Assembly (NCBI GenBank): GCA_964016885.1
Contig: OZ024742.1
Span: 355,136,001-355,200,000, forward strand
From: Eledone cirrhosa
Taxonomy: Eukaryota
Direction: 5' to 3'
Length of the DNA: 64,000 bases
The notes under the pieces are model-generated. The model searched no databases. It saw only the letters and a program-made list of their open reading frames with translations, and was not told the origin of the DNA. The position numbers and the translations under genes were made by a program. Shown here in pieces: positions 1 through 12,748 of this stretch (within the stretch, counting starts at the first letter, position 1; each line of letters opens with the position of its first letter).

Positions 1-1425
1 CATAATTCTATTTAATGTCCGTCTATCAGATGACGTTATTCAACTGATAGTAGAATATTTCATTCTTTTCTGGATATTTTTTATTGAAATAACTTAAACT
101 TTGGAGATTTTGATTACTTAAACCATAGCTAATTTTGTATTGACTTATTATGTATTTTAAATACTTTCAATATTAATTAATTTAAAAGGGTTTTCTAGTC
201 ATTTATCCGGGTTTGATTGCTAATTTTTTTACTTAACTGCATGTGACACCTAAGTAAATATTTTTGTTTTTGTTTTTCGATTTCCGGTTGATTTTAATTA
301 TATATTTATACTACCGCGCATAGTTTTCTGTCTGGTTCTTATTCACTTATTCACAAATGTCTGTCCACCAACCACGTAATTATGTATATTATACTATGTT
401 CAATATTTGATATAGAATTTGTTATATCATATCACTCTTTGTAAACGTACTATTGATCTTAATTATTTACCTATTATTAAATGTACCATTATGTAAAATT
501 TTGTAAATTCTGTAATATGTTTATATTTTTATAATTTTTGTAATGTTTGGATGATATTTATTTACACCAATTGTATAAAAACTTGACCTCCGTCTGTTTT
601 CTTGCAATGGTATTGATATTTTTCCAGCACATTTTTTTTCAACTTAATTTAGTTCTGTACGATATTTTTTCTCACCCTGTCTGTAACTCTATATGATTTG
701 TTAATTTATATGCCAATATATTATAATATTGTTATTATAGTGTTATTGTAACATTTATATTGTTTGTGCAAATTAACCGGGGATTATCAATTACATAATT
801 ATATAGTATATTATATATTATATGTTTACTTTCACTCATTTCTTCTTCATTTTATACTGTAAATAATATATGTATTATATTTTTATTTTTATTTTTATTT
901 TTATTTTTATTCTCATCCTTATTTTTATTGATATTTAAACTCTTAATAAGTGTTAGTTTGGGCTTGTATTGATGGAAATGTGTATTGATATATATATGTA
1001 TGTATGTGTACATATGTATATATATATATATATGTATGTTGGGCCTTTTAATATTATTATTATTATCATTATCAATTATATTATATTATATTATATTATA
1101 TTATATTATATTATATTATATATAGTACAATAATTCTCGCTATATATCACCACCTTTGTTTAGCTCTAGTTTTTGCATTGTACTATATTTGTAATATGGT
1201 TCAAAATGTTATTCACTTCATTAGCAATTTTTACTTGATAATTATTACTCGATAATTTTCCTATGCTTTAATGTATGTATACTCCATATTCTTCAGAGTT
1301 TTGGGGTTGTATTGGCCGATAGTGCTTCTTATAGCTTTAATTGCCCTGATGAGTCCTTAATAGGACGAAACATTGTTCGCTAATAAAGAGTTTTGATGTA
1401 TCGAAGGCTTCTTTGGTTTATTTTC

Positions 1426-1428
<3 letters not shown>
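1..1428. mobile_element. Highly decayed Penelope-like element remnant (possible N-terminal ORF relic on the minus strand plus a hammerhead-bearing terminal repeat)
   Basis: Hammerhead motif at 1335-1388 about 40 nt before a (TA)n tract, the same layout as other PLE ends in this window. Weak minus-strand peptide relics (EVKFLYNW, ISYGLS) resemble PLE N-termini. Confidence 0.3.
1335..1388 (+). ncRNA. Type I hammerhead ribozyme motif (partly degenerate)
   Basis: CTGATGA (1346-1352), stem II GTCCT-taat-AGGAC, GAAA (1367-1370), minimal stem III C-ATT-G-T, and an imperfect stem I CTTTAATTGCC / CGCTAATAAAG. Confidence 0.7.

Positions 1429-1488
<60 letters not shown>
1429..1488. repeat. (TA)n microsatellite
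   Basis: Direct reading. Confidence 0.98.
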
Positions 1489-1491
<3 letters not shown>

Positions 1492-1523
1492 CTCTTTTTC
1501 AAGAAGAAATTCGATTCATTTAT

Positions 1524-4330
1524 TTATTTAGTTATCAATATAGGAATTGAAAATAAAAATGGATAATTCACACGTATGTAACATTTCCTGCCTGTATACA
1601 GCTTTATAAGTTTCATTGATTTTCTTTTGGAATAATGTATTGCATAAGAAGATCTAACGAGTAACCACGATAAGGATAACAGTCCTGGCATTATTAATTC
1701 CTGATCATTGTAATATATTTTTTTATATATTTTGTAATATATTTTGCAAACAAAAATTATTAAAATCACAGTAAAAATTACTCACCAAGGTTTACTTTTA
1801 TTTTAATTAATAATATGTAAATAGTCTGGATGTTGATAGGATAAGATAAATATAGTATGAAGGTTATAATGCCGAATAGTATCCGTGCTAAGTCATATAT
1901 AATATACATTATTACTACCATCAGTATATTAGGATATCTGAACTAAATGAATGAAGAGAGGCCCATCTCTGTAACCAATATACTGACATAGCATTCACTC
2001 ACTATGATCATGTCATCTAGTTTCTGATATTAATATTTCCTTCAGAACGGAATGTAGAGTGTAGTCACTACAAAATGAAAATGGTTATGATGCACATTAC
2101 CAGCATAATCTTAGTTGACATAGCAAATGAAATTTAAACATCATGGCCACTATTTTTATTGTACTGATCAAATTATCATCACAATCACTATCATCATCAT
2201 ATTCATTAAAAATGTTTTCGACTATTTGCAGTCTACAACTGAAATTATCTCAGATTCCAGCCACCTTTTCAACGCAGCATGGTACTTAATATTGACAAAC
2301 AAATTTATTAGGCTATTACTGGATATTGAGTGTTATATTTGGAGAACCATTTCATACACTGATAAGAAATGACAGGCTTAAGACTATCGATATGAATTCA
2401 ATACATTCTTGTATTTTTCATAAGTTTATCCTGAAAAATCGAGTAAACAATTTCATTTCACTGACAATTAGTTCTGCGTGGTTTCACGAATTTCTAGACA
2501 TAGAAGTCACACCTTTTCGAACTGGGCACTCTATCCTGGAACGTTACTTGAGAGACACTTCCGGGAACACCATTTCCACCGCATTTATTTGAGATCGTAG
2601 TCTTATTTGATATCATTGTCATTAATACGACAAGCAGTATGCTAGTGAAACGTAAAGTTCATATTAATGGATTCATGTGATATATGAGTTACACCGATGA
2701 ATACCTCTCAAATTAACAACAAATGAGATTAATATCTCAACTTCAACTTCAACTACGATTTGTGTGTGTGAAATGCTGCGCATCAACGTATTTTCAGAAA
2801 CCAGTTCTATGTCCATTGAGTTAGTTTCATTTAAATGTTTCTCTGATGAGTACCAAGGCAAACCGTTAATGCTACGAAACTTTGTATTTATATCAAATAG
2901 CAAAACGTTTGTTTCCCGGTTTACTTATGTTCACTAATATATGTTATTTTTAGACACCATATACTGTGTACCCTTTCTCATATATGATGCTGTTTGTTCA
3001 TAAGATAGTGGTGTTTATGTATAACTATTGTCTTTTCGAACATTTGACCTTAAATATTGAACCGAGTATACGTAAACTATTTGGTTTGCTTTTCTAATAG
3101 TTGATAGTAAATTTACAGTTAACAACTGACTCTCACAAGAACCATACTACCATCATCAAATAACATGATGTTAGACTCTGTTCTATGATTTAATGTTAGA
3201 AATGTGTTGTATCGGTTGTGTTTATTAATTAAACAATATACACATGTACTCCTACTTTCTATCAAGTATGGTAAACATTATGTCAGTTAAATCTGCCGCT
3301 TTCGCAGGTCTTTTTAATATTCAGAAATTCGCAGGAATTATGACGATACCTCTAATTTCAAACATTTTGTATTGGCTTAAACGTACAGAAAAAGAAAGTA
3401 GTATTGGAACGGACGCTAAATACCATAACTGAGACGAAAGGTTGCGAAGAGTAAAAACTACTAGAAGAATAAAGAAAAGGCATTTCCACGGGCAATGGCC
3501 AGCAACATATGTGTATTTACGCTGATATATATTCAGAAATTCGATTGAGATAATGTGTGAAATATTAAACGCACATAGTATAATGCAAGGGAAATAAAAC
3601 CCTGTAAACATGGAGGTATAACTAAAATTCCTATTTAAATTCCTGTAATTAGTTACATGATAGATTTCAAGTTATCTAAACTAATGTATTGTCTTTGGCC
3701 ATACATATTGTTGAGTTCTGCAGCTGTCAGGTTCTCAATATATTTCATCATAAATTCAACTGTGAATCGCTTGGAGGTTTAAAAGGTAGTATGAATTAAC
3801 GAAAGAACCGAAGCTGCTTGAGCAAGAATTGTAATAGGAAATATGTTAAGAAATCTATTGATTTTAGCGTTTCAATATTATTTTTATGATCCGATTTCTC
3901 TATAATGTCATACTCACACTGAAGCTGATCTTTTTGGTCCTAAAATGTTAGGATTTTTATCAGTCGAAAACACATTTTCAATGGAGTAATAATCATTGAG
4001 TAACTATATATAATTACAGCCTACACCAACATATTTTATTATAATCATCGTTTGAACCTTAATATACATTACGTTCTGTTAAATCAAACAGTATAGATGT
4101 TTTATAATAAGACTTAAAATATCAATTTACACATGGTTGTTCCTCAAAATCGTAAAATTCATTGCACATTTTACATTGTTTAATCACAAAGGTAACAACC
4201 TACTATATTGTTTAACATTTCATGAATACAATCTTTTCCAGTACGTGTTTGGTTTTGAGTTGGAAAGGTTTCAGATTTAATATATTTTATTTACCGATAT
4301 TACTCAATGGTCATTAATTTCCATCTGTCG
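1524..4330 (-). pseudogene. Degenerate LRR-containing membrane receptor-like pseudogene
   Basis: Minus-strand fragments broken by stops and frameshifts: LRR-like LNL**NILR, NLSCN*LQEF and IKYIKSETF; LRRCT-like GHCPWKC; KGGWNL; several hydrophobic segments downstream. Confidence 0.3.
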
Positions 4331-4844
4331 AATATTATAGTAAAATGCAGAAAAGAAATTTATAATAAAAAAATCCCTGTCAATCTATGCAATATAAAAC
4401 GTTGGGGTATAATTTAATTCTATAACATAATTACATAATATAAAGCTGCATCTCACAGCATCGTGTTGGTTTTATATTTATATGTTCCTATCATTTTAAT
4501 AGACAAGAAATGGCCATGTGACACAGAAATCTCTCTGACAACCCACCTATAATACAATGTAATAGTTTCATTTGTTAGTAAGACTCGACATACAATTGGT
4601 AACTCTAAACCGTATCACTAACACTGAGACTGATTATATCCCGTTGGGGTATTAAAAGGCAAAACAGCATAAACAAGGAGAGAAAAAAACGAAACAGGCT
4701 TCCATGAAAGGTTATTTCTATTCTAAGTCGCTTATCAATACACCAACCATAAATACTGATGTGAAATAAGGTGTACTAGGAACCAAGCTCAGGCTCTGCT
4801 TACGATTTGTCAAATGGAATAAATGATATGAATGATGATGATAA

Positions 4845-5045
4845 CGATTTCTACATCAGTATCAAGGTCAGTGCAGGAAAGGCAATAATATTAATCCCAG
4901 TAAATTACTGGTCTTTCATTAAATCACCTCGCAAAAGTGAAATGCGAAGTTGAAATTGCTGAGCTTTGAAATCGTAATAGTTTGAAAAGCTAGAAATACC
5001 GAAAAAGATGTCGTCTTGCACTCTACCCATATTGCTAACATTCTC
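4845..5045 (-). mobile_element. Old degenerate copy of the Nin/Deu-domain tRNA-SINE
   Basis: Colinear but diverged relative to the 28072-28257 copy (tttctac...actggt...gaaatgcgaagttga...tttgaa...ctctacc). Confidence 0.55.
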
Positions 5046-5059
5046 TTAATAATAGTTAT

Positions 5060-5276
5060 CATTTCTACGTTAAACACAAGGCCAACAATTTATTTGCGGA
5101 AGGGGAAGGTCGATTAAATTGATCCCAGTGCATCACTGGTGTTTTATATTATCGACCCCGTCCGAATGAAAAACAAAGCTAACCTTGGCGGGATTTCAAC
5201 TCGAAAAGGAAAGCGGCGTACGTCTGTCGCAAAGCAGATTGCCCGACGTTCTACCGATACAGCCAATCCACCAACA
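5060..5276 (-). mobile_element. tRNA-derived SINE with Nin/Deu-like central domain
   Basis: Minus strand has A-box-like TTGGCTGTATCGG, B-box-like GTTGAAATCCC and the TTCAT...GGGGTCGATAA motif. Many homologous copies in the window. Confidence 0.8.
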
Positions 5277-5287
5277 TTTTTTCTAAA

Positions 5288-5329
5288 AATAATAATAATA
5301 ATAATAATAGTAATAATAATAATAATAAT
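5288..5329. repeat. (AAT)n microsatellite, target/tail of the Tx1 element
   Basis: Direct reading. Abuts the Tx1 3' end. Confidence 0.95.
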
Positions 5330-5575
5330 GAATTCTTTATTAACCACAACGGTTTACATAAAGTAGACATTAAGGAAAGTACAGGACAATAGAGGGCGGT
5401 ACAAATGGGCATTTCTGCGTGTAAAAAAAACTGAGTACGTATTAAAAAATAATAATGAAAAATTCTCCAATAGGGGGGAGATTTTTGAGGGGCATTTGTG
5501 GAGAAAGCCCATTAAAAGGACAAAGTGACCCTGACCACCAGGGCAAGTGCTCTCTCCCAGTTGTCCACCTTTAAT

Positions 5576-8500
5576 TTACAGACACATACTCAGAGTAGGC
5601 CCATTCACGTGGGCCATACTTGCTTCTCTCACCCATCTTTCAACAAAATACTGGGAAGAGAGCACTTCCCTCCCTACCTTGACCTTCCTTTTCAAATGAA
5701 ATTTGAAAAAGTTAATCAGGGCATCACCGAAGAGGTAAGTGCTCGTCTTCAGCCCTTTCAAACGTGTCCACCATACTATCTCTTTCGCCATGGCCACCAG
5801 ACAGATAAAAACTACCTCCCCTTCCCAGCTAAAGAAGAGGGCGGGGAAATGCTCACGATGGTCTCAGCTGATAGCTGGATCCGTCCTACACGTGACAGCA
5901 GGGGTTCGACATAAACCCACAAGTCGGCAATGCTCGAACACTGGACGAGTGCGTGCAGGACGGTTTCGTCGCCCTGCGCGCACTTCGGACATGCCCGGTG
6001 ACGGCACCTCCATGCCTGTAGAGTTTATCCCGAACTTGCAAAACTCCTCCGTAGCACTGCCAGGCCAGGGATTTCTGGAAGTTGTCCATAGGCCCCGGCC
6101 AGAAAGTCCTTCCAAAGAGATTGGCTAGTTGATTTTCGTCGACGCCTAGAGTTTCTCCAAGTACGTCGTCGCTCTTCCCCTCCACTAATCCTCTATAGAA
6201 CGCTAAGGTGGAGTTCCCACCGATCACATTGCCCGATTGGTGGAGGGCTGTGAGCGCCTGAAGACATTCCAATCTCCAAGCGCTCCCTCTCGGTCTTCGC
6301 TTGACCAAGAACTACGGCTCCGTCAAGGATACGAGCTGGGGTAAGACGTGTCTAGCAAACGGCGACTACACCTGATCACCGTCGAGGAAGAGGTGGAGAT
6401 GTCGTAGCCTGAGCGCGTGTCTGCACATCATCAGCCACCGAATGCCCAGCCCTCCACGTAGCGGGTGTTGACAGCAGATGGACCGCCTGACCATCGGAGC
6501 ACGCCCCTTCCACAAAAAGTTAAAGAGCAAACGCTCCAGCGCAGTCAGGCGGGGCTTAGGACGAGGTACGACGGTCAGGAGGTAGTAGATGACGGACGCG
6601 ATGTACGCGTTATCCACCTCCGCTCGACCTTTCAGGGATAGCTTCCTCTCTGCCCATTTCTGGGTGCGAGAAGCCACCCTGCTCGTCACCTCGTCTCAGT
6701 TTTTGTCCGTCTGGAGGTCCGGACCGAACCAGACACCTAGCAATTTAAACGGTCCGTCTGTCCAGGGCCAGACGACGCTGTTAGACGGCATGGACCTGCC
6801 TCACCAGGTGCAGAGCTGCAGGCCCACTGACTTTTCCTGGTTGATCATTGCTCCTGTCACCGCTTCGTATTCTCTTAGTGTAGTGCTGATCGCCTCGATG
6901 TATTTGGCGTTCGACACCACTACAGTGACATCGCCCGCATAGCTGACACGGATCTTCCGCATCCTAGTTCGCGCGGGACTCCCCTCAACGTCTCCAGTGT
7001 GTGCAGTAATGCCTCGAGAGTCAATACGTACAAGAGGGACGAGAGGGGACATCCTTGGCGGACCGAGCGCATGATGTTGAACGGTTCCGACAGGTGACCG
7101 TTCACTCTCCCCACAGAGCAGATGTCACTGTGCATGGCAGCGATCTAGCCTCTGAAGACGGGCCCAAAGCCAGCCGCCCTCAGGACTGCCGCTAGGTAAC
7201 GATGGTCGACCCTATCAAAAGCTTTCGACTGATCTAAATTGATCAAGGACCCACCCGTGCCAGGTTCCTTAGCTACCCTCTCTATGATGTATCGCATGAG
7301 GTGGAGGTTGTCGTCGATGGATCTGTCGGGATTGGCGCATGACTGCGCCTCTCCCACCAGACCACCAACGACAAGCGCCAACCTCTTTGCTATCACCTTG
7401 GCCAAAATCTTGAACTCTGTGTTTAGCAGAGTTATGGGCCGGAAATTGTCTATGTTATCCCCCTTGTTCGGATCCTTTCTCAGCAGTGCCACCGCTCCTC
7501 GGCTCACAGAACTGGGAATTCTCCCGTTCTGTTGCCAGTTGCAGTAGACGTCCGCCAAGAGGCCTGTGAACAAGTCTGGCATCTGTATGTAAAGTTCATA
7601 GGGCAGACCATCCAAACCAGGCGATTTACCCCTTGTGCAGACAGTCATTGCCTCCCTTACTTCAGCGGCTGTTATCGGCTTTTCGCAACACTTCGCCTCA
7701 GTGGCCGAGAGCCGCGGCAGTCCCACGAGGTAGACACTAAAGTCCATCCCTCTACCCGGCCCACAGCTGCCCCCGAACAGCTTAGCGAAATGTCGCTGAA
7801 AAGCTTCACACATTTGCCCGGGATCGAGTAGCATGCGCCCGTCGTGGTCCACCAAAGACCGGATCGTGGCTTTGTTGCCACGACGCGCCTCCGCCACTCG
7901 GGCCCATTGAACGGCTTTCGTCCCCTCGTGTCTGAGAGCACGCACCCTTGCTCTGAAAACGCAGCCTTCGTGCTTTGCATTGAAGAATTGGTCAAGGGCC
8001 AATTTCGCCGCAAGCACGTCGGTCGCAATGCCTTTGCTAAGCGCCTCATCTAATTTTCTAACTAATTCTCCCTCTGCTCTATTTTCTCTATTGCTAAAGC
8101 CTTACTAAACCTAATCGATTCTATTCTAATCGCTCTTTTCAGAGCAAACCACCACTTGTTGTTGACGATGGCCCCCGTCAACGCCCGCTTAACTAGTTCG
8201 CTAATCCGATCTCTGTAGGCCTTGCGCGCTGGTAAGGACGCGTTTAGCTTCCAGTAGCCGGGTCCTCGTCTATGAAGCCTATCTAAGTCAAGTACATAGA
8301 TCACGAATTGGTGGTCCGTGTAGCTGACTATCTTGAATTGTGGACAGCCTATGCTAGACCTATCTATTTCCCTACAAAATACTCTATCTAGATATGATCT
8401 GGATGACTCTATACGGTTTGTCCAAGTCCACATTGGCACATTCGGGAAATCCAATCGTACCTGTCAGACAGTTAAAAACGCCTGAGCAATTGGTGAGGCT

Positions 8501-8989
8501 CTTGCACCCTCCACCCCTATCCGCTAATCCCACACAGTCCCAGCGTGCATCTAAGATCCCGTTCCAGTCGCCCACTAACACTAAAGAGCGGGACGTTCCA
8601 AGAAAGGTCTCCAGACGCCGGAAGAAATCAGGCCGTCCTGCTCCTGTCGGGGCATAGACGGCCACTAGCCCGAAAGCTTGCTCGTCTCCGCTGGTCACGT
8701 CCAGCACCACCAGCTTACCCTCTGGGTCCAGGAAGATGGCCCGTCTGGCGAGATGCAAACCTCTCCGAAAAAGCACAGCAACTCCTCCACCCGATCCAGG
8801 ACGGCTGGGAGATGCGTACACATCGTAGCCGCCGAAGATCGGTGCGAAAGACTGTGCTTCGGAGATTCTGGTCTCGCTGATGGCCACTACATCTCTGTTT
8901 AGTGACCTGAGGTCGTTGAGCAGGTGGCCCTGCTTCCATGACGACCCCAAGCCAAGCGCATTTATGCTGCCTATTCTGAGTGAGGTCAT
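5576..8989 (-). pseudogene. Tx1 ORF2 (APE endonuclease, reverse transcriptase, C-terminal zinc finger), frameshifted
   Basis: IGSIN.LGL, ISETR, VYAP, GDWN, LDRVF, TDH, GPGYWKLN, KSPGLDGLP, NFRPITLLN, LDQSKAFDRV, VRQGCPLS, YAGD (YADD). Confidence 0.92.
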
Positions 8990-9029
8990 GTTGAAAAGGA
9001 GTGGAAAAGATGGGAAAGACCACTTCACT

Positions 9030-11002
9030 TACTTCTCGTAGGGGAAGGACGGCTTTTCCATCCTTTTCACTGCTTGTGGCCTCCTCAGGAAGGATGTCCT
9101 TATAAATCCTTCTGGAGAGTGCTTGTCGGAAGTCTCCGATGTCTTTGGGGAATTTTTGTTTTAGTGTCATGTACGTTTTCTGTGTGATGCGAGTGATTTG
9201 TATGTGTGGAGGTGGTGTGAATTTTGGGGTTGTTGTGTAGTCTTTTTCTGTGATGCTGGTGTTGTGTTGGATGTAGTGTAATAATTGCTTGTTGTTCAAA
9301 TTTAATGCTGTGTAGTGTGTATCGTTTTGGTTGTTTTGTTTTGTTTGCGTTTGTTGTGGGTTTGTTTGTTTCGCATTTTGGTGACTTTTGTGGTGTAGGT
9401 GATGGTGGTGCTGGGGATAATGATGGTGTTGGTGTTTGGGTTGATGGGGTTGGTGATGCTGGTGTGGATGGTGGCATATCTGTCCTAACTTTTTTGTTTC
9501 TTAGTGTATTCGTTTCCCTCTGTATTTTGTTTTTGGAGGGGGAAGGAAGAGAATTCTTTCTTTTTTGGTTTCTTTTTTTTTTCCGGATATCGTTTCCCAC
9601 TCCTCGTCGTCACAATCTGTCTCCAGTTGTGATAGGCCGGGGAGTGGAAAATCCTCCACAGCCGTTAGTTTTGGTTGTGGTGTGGTGGATGGTGTAGGCG
9701 CTGGTGCTAGTTCTGAAGCGTTGGGTGGTGGTGGTGTTGGTTTTGCTGGTGGTGGTAGTGGTGTTGGTTTTGCTACTGTTGCTGGGGTTGTTGCTGTTAC
9801 AGTTGCTTCTGTTGTTGCTGCTACAGTTGTTGCTGCCATCTCTGCTACTGGTGGTGTTGATGGTTGTGTCACTGGGGTGGGTAGGAGAGGTGGCCTCAAC
9901 CTTTTAGCCTGAGGGCAGAAAGCCCTTAGGTGGGTTCCTTCACCACAAACGACACACCTAGGTCTTCTGCCCTCGACAATTACCGTGAGGTGGCTGCCGT
10001 CAGTGAGGTCTATTACCTCTGGGATCTCCTCAATGCTTTTTTGGTCCGCTTGGATCAGGAGCCCCATCCCAGATCCGGACCAGTTTTCCTGCTTTTCTTT
10101 TGTTACTGCTATTATTTTCGTGTTGGCTTCGATGTCGGCGAGGACAGCCGCTATCAGCCAGGGGATTTCGATGGCCGGTGGAACGTGGGTCACCCTGATC
10201 TTTACGAGTCTCTGGCCACAATAGCTTGGGACGAGTGTGAGGTCGTCACTTTTTAATGGGGCCATGGAGTGTTCTCTAGCCTCCTCTGGTGTTTCAAAGA
10301 ATACATCCACGGTTCCATACTTTTGCCCACGTCTGATGTGGGTTTTTCTTGCCCACACATGTCCCAAAGCTTTTTGGATTTGGGACTCGGATGCCCGTTC
10401 CACTCGGCGCGATTTTACATTTATTGTTCTATACGACACGGTGCACAGGCGCCGATGCTCCATTTTATTAGGTGGGGGGTGAGGCTGACGCTGTACCCAT
10501 CTTTCTTTACCATTTGTTTGGCATTTTCTAAATCTTCTTGAGTTACCGTGAACGCTTCGAATTGTTTTGCTACGATGGCGAAACTGAGGGTCGGTTTTAT
10601 AATGTCATTGTTGTTGTTGTTGCTATCGTTAATATTAATTTTATTTTCAGTTGTGGTGGTGGTGACGTCAGTCGTCTTTGGTGGGGAAGAGTCCATTTTG
10701 CTTGATTTCATTTCGACGTCACGAGTTAATTTATTTTTTTCTTCTTTTGTTTCTGTTGTCGCGGTGGTGGTGGTGGGGGTGGGGGTTGTCGCGGTGGTGG
10801 TGGTGGTGGAGGGTTTAACACCTGCAGTCATTGGTAATGGCGGGAAATGAATGTCTGCCTGAGACAAATTTAAAATATTGCTACTGCTTATATTTTTTTT
10901 TGTGTTGGCAAACGTAGTAACATTTACAATGGTGGTGTCGGTGTGAGGTGTTATTTTGTGAGGAAGGCTTTCAGCTGCTTCGTGCAGAGGTGAAGTAGCC
11001 AT
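9030..11002 (-). pseudogene. Tx1 ORF1 (gag-like, CCHC zinc knuckle, Thr/Pro-rich linkers), frameshifted
   Basis: ORF pieces 10421-11002, 9501-10463 (CVVCGEGTHLRAFC), 9100-9600 and 8715-9299 upstream of ORF2. Homologous pieces in copy D. Confidence 0.85.
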
Positions 11003-11211
11003 TTTTTTTCAAAGAAATTTTTTGATAATAAGAAAAGTTAAAATTTTGGGCACAAGGCCCCAATCTTTTTAGGTGTCCTTTTCGGAAAACAATGTATGTG
11101 TGCTTATAAACAGTTAACAATAAAATTTTCCATAAATGGCAATTTTTAAACAAACGGAAATAACAAACCTTTGCGGAGCTCACGATAATACGATTTACTA
11201 CGTAGGTCGCC

Positions 11212-11245
<34 letters not shown>

Positions 11246-11250
<5 letters not shown>

Positions 11251-11442
11251 CTCTAATGTAGGTGAACACTTAAACAAACTAAACTTAGAAAATTGAAAAT
11301 AAAGTACAGTATAAAATCAACAAGTGACATTAGAAATAATGAAGCAAAAAGTGTCGGCCAAAGCTGCTCGTATAAGTCGTTTGAAAAACGATCTAGATTC
11401 TATAAGGACAATAATATGTTCAAAAACAACCAAAGAAACATC
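11246..11442 (+). mobile_element. Fragment of R4/Dong family B
   Basis: Closely matches 28281-28490 (caaact.taatgtaggtgaac...KQKVSAKAARISR). Confidence 0.85.
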
Positions 11443-12710
11443 TAACAAAAAAAATGAAGGAATTGATAAGATATGAATACATTTGGAGAGTAAGGAACGT
11501 ATTAAAGTCACATCTGAACAGTAGGAATGCCATAAGTGCAGTAAATTCCCGGGCTGTGTCTATTATTAGGTACAGTGCGGGAATTCTGAGATGGAATGTT
11601 GCTGAACAAAAAGAAATGGATAGGAAGACTAGGAAGCTATTGACTATCTACAACATGTTCCGGAAGAGGAGTGATGTCGATAGACTCTACTTAAGGAGAT
11701 CTGAAGGTGGAAGAGGTCTTATCAGCATAGAGGACTGTGTTCAGATGGAGAAAAACAACCTCCACAAATACGTGACCGATAGTAAGGAGCCAATGCTCAG
11801 AATTGTACTGAAGGAGAGGACAATAGACCAGGGGATGTCCAAGGAGGAAATAACAACGAGGAGTAAGAGCAACCTTCATGACAAATCCCTTCATAGTACC
11901 TTCTTTGAGAAAACGGAATTTAGAGATCCACAGACATGGAACTGGTTGAGAAGAGGAGACCTTAAAAATACTACAGAAGGAATGCTAATGGCTGCGCAAG
12001 AGCAGGCCCTCAAAACGAAGTGGCTGAAACACCATATTTACAAGGAGGAGGCTAGCCCACTGTGCAGGATCTGTGGAGAGAGGGAGAGGAGACTGTGGCT
12101 CACATTGTATCCGAGTGTAAACACCTAGCCCAGACTCACTGTAAAGGCTGGAGACATGATGTGATGGGCAGGGTGATCCACTGGCACCTATGCAAAGTAA
12201 ACAATTTACCACATTCTGAGAAGTGGTATGAGCATAAGCCAGAGTCGGTGATAGAAAACGATCAGGTGAAGGTGTTATGGGATTTTAGGATACAGACGGA
12301 TAAATAAACTGGAACACAATAGACCTGACCTGGTGGTTTTGGACAAGGTAAAATGATCGTGCCTGATTGTGCATGTGGCCTGCCCATTCGACACGAGAGT
12401 GCAAGAGAAGGAGAGGGAGAAAATTAACCGATACCAGGACTTAAAATGGCAATAAAAAGTATTTGGAACTACCATTAATTCAAAGTGGTCCCGATTGTCA
12501 TAGGCGCACTAGGTACTATCTCAAAATGTTTCCAGGGATGGTTAAAGAAAATTGGCCCCGCCCCGCTTTTTGGAACACTTCAAAAAGTATGCTTGCTGGG
12601 AACAGCAAAAACTCTCCGATACGTCCTGAATATCAGAGGCTGCAGGTAGTGGCTTGATATTCATTTCAACAAACTTTCCAGTTAACTAACATCAATGACT
12701 GAGACTCAAA

Positions 12711-12711
<1 letters not shown>
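11443..12711 (+). mobile_element. R4/Dong-clade RLE retrotransposon family A, 3' part (copy 1)
   Basis: RT thumb region (RLYLRRSEGGRGL), CRICG..ETVAHIVSEC, RHD, WDF.IQTD and RPDLVV. 3' UTR ends GACTCAAAG + (AAT)n. Confidence 0.9.

Positions 12712-12747
<36 letters not shown>

Positions 12748-12748
<1 letters not shown>

Larger units (their letters stand above)
5330..11211 (-). mobile_element. Full-length Tx1/L1-clade non-LTR retrotransposon (copy A), flanked by (AAT)n on both sides
   Basis: 5' end GGCGACCTACGTAG at 11211, shared with copy D at 21290. ORF1 with a CCHC knuckle and ORF2 with APE-RT-zinc finger. AATAAA signal immediately before the (ATT)n tail. Confidence 0.93.

Noticed and set aside
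2843-2890. CTGATGA-GTA...TAC-GAAA-CTTTG-TA hammerhead-like string
   Set aside because: No stem I pairing, a weak stem II, and no repeat context. Likely chance.
5525-10850. Plus-strand ORFs overlapping the Tx1 elements
   Set aside because: Antisense shadows of GC-rich retroelement coding sequence. Their recurrence reflects element copies.
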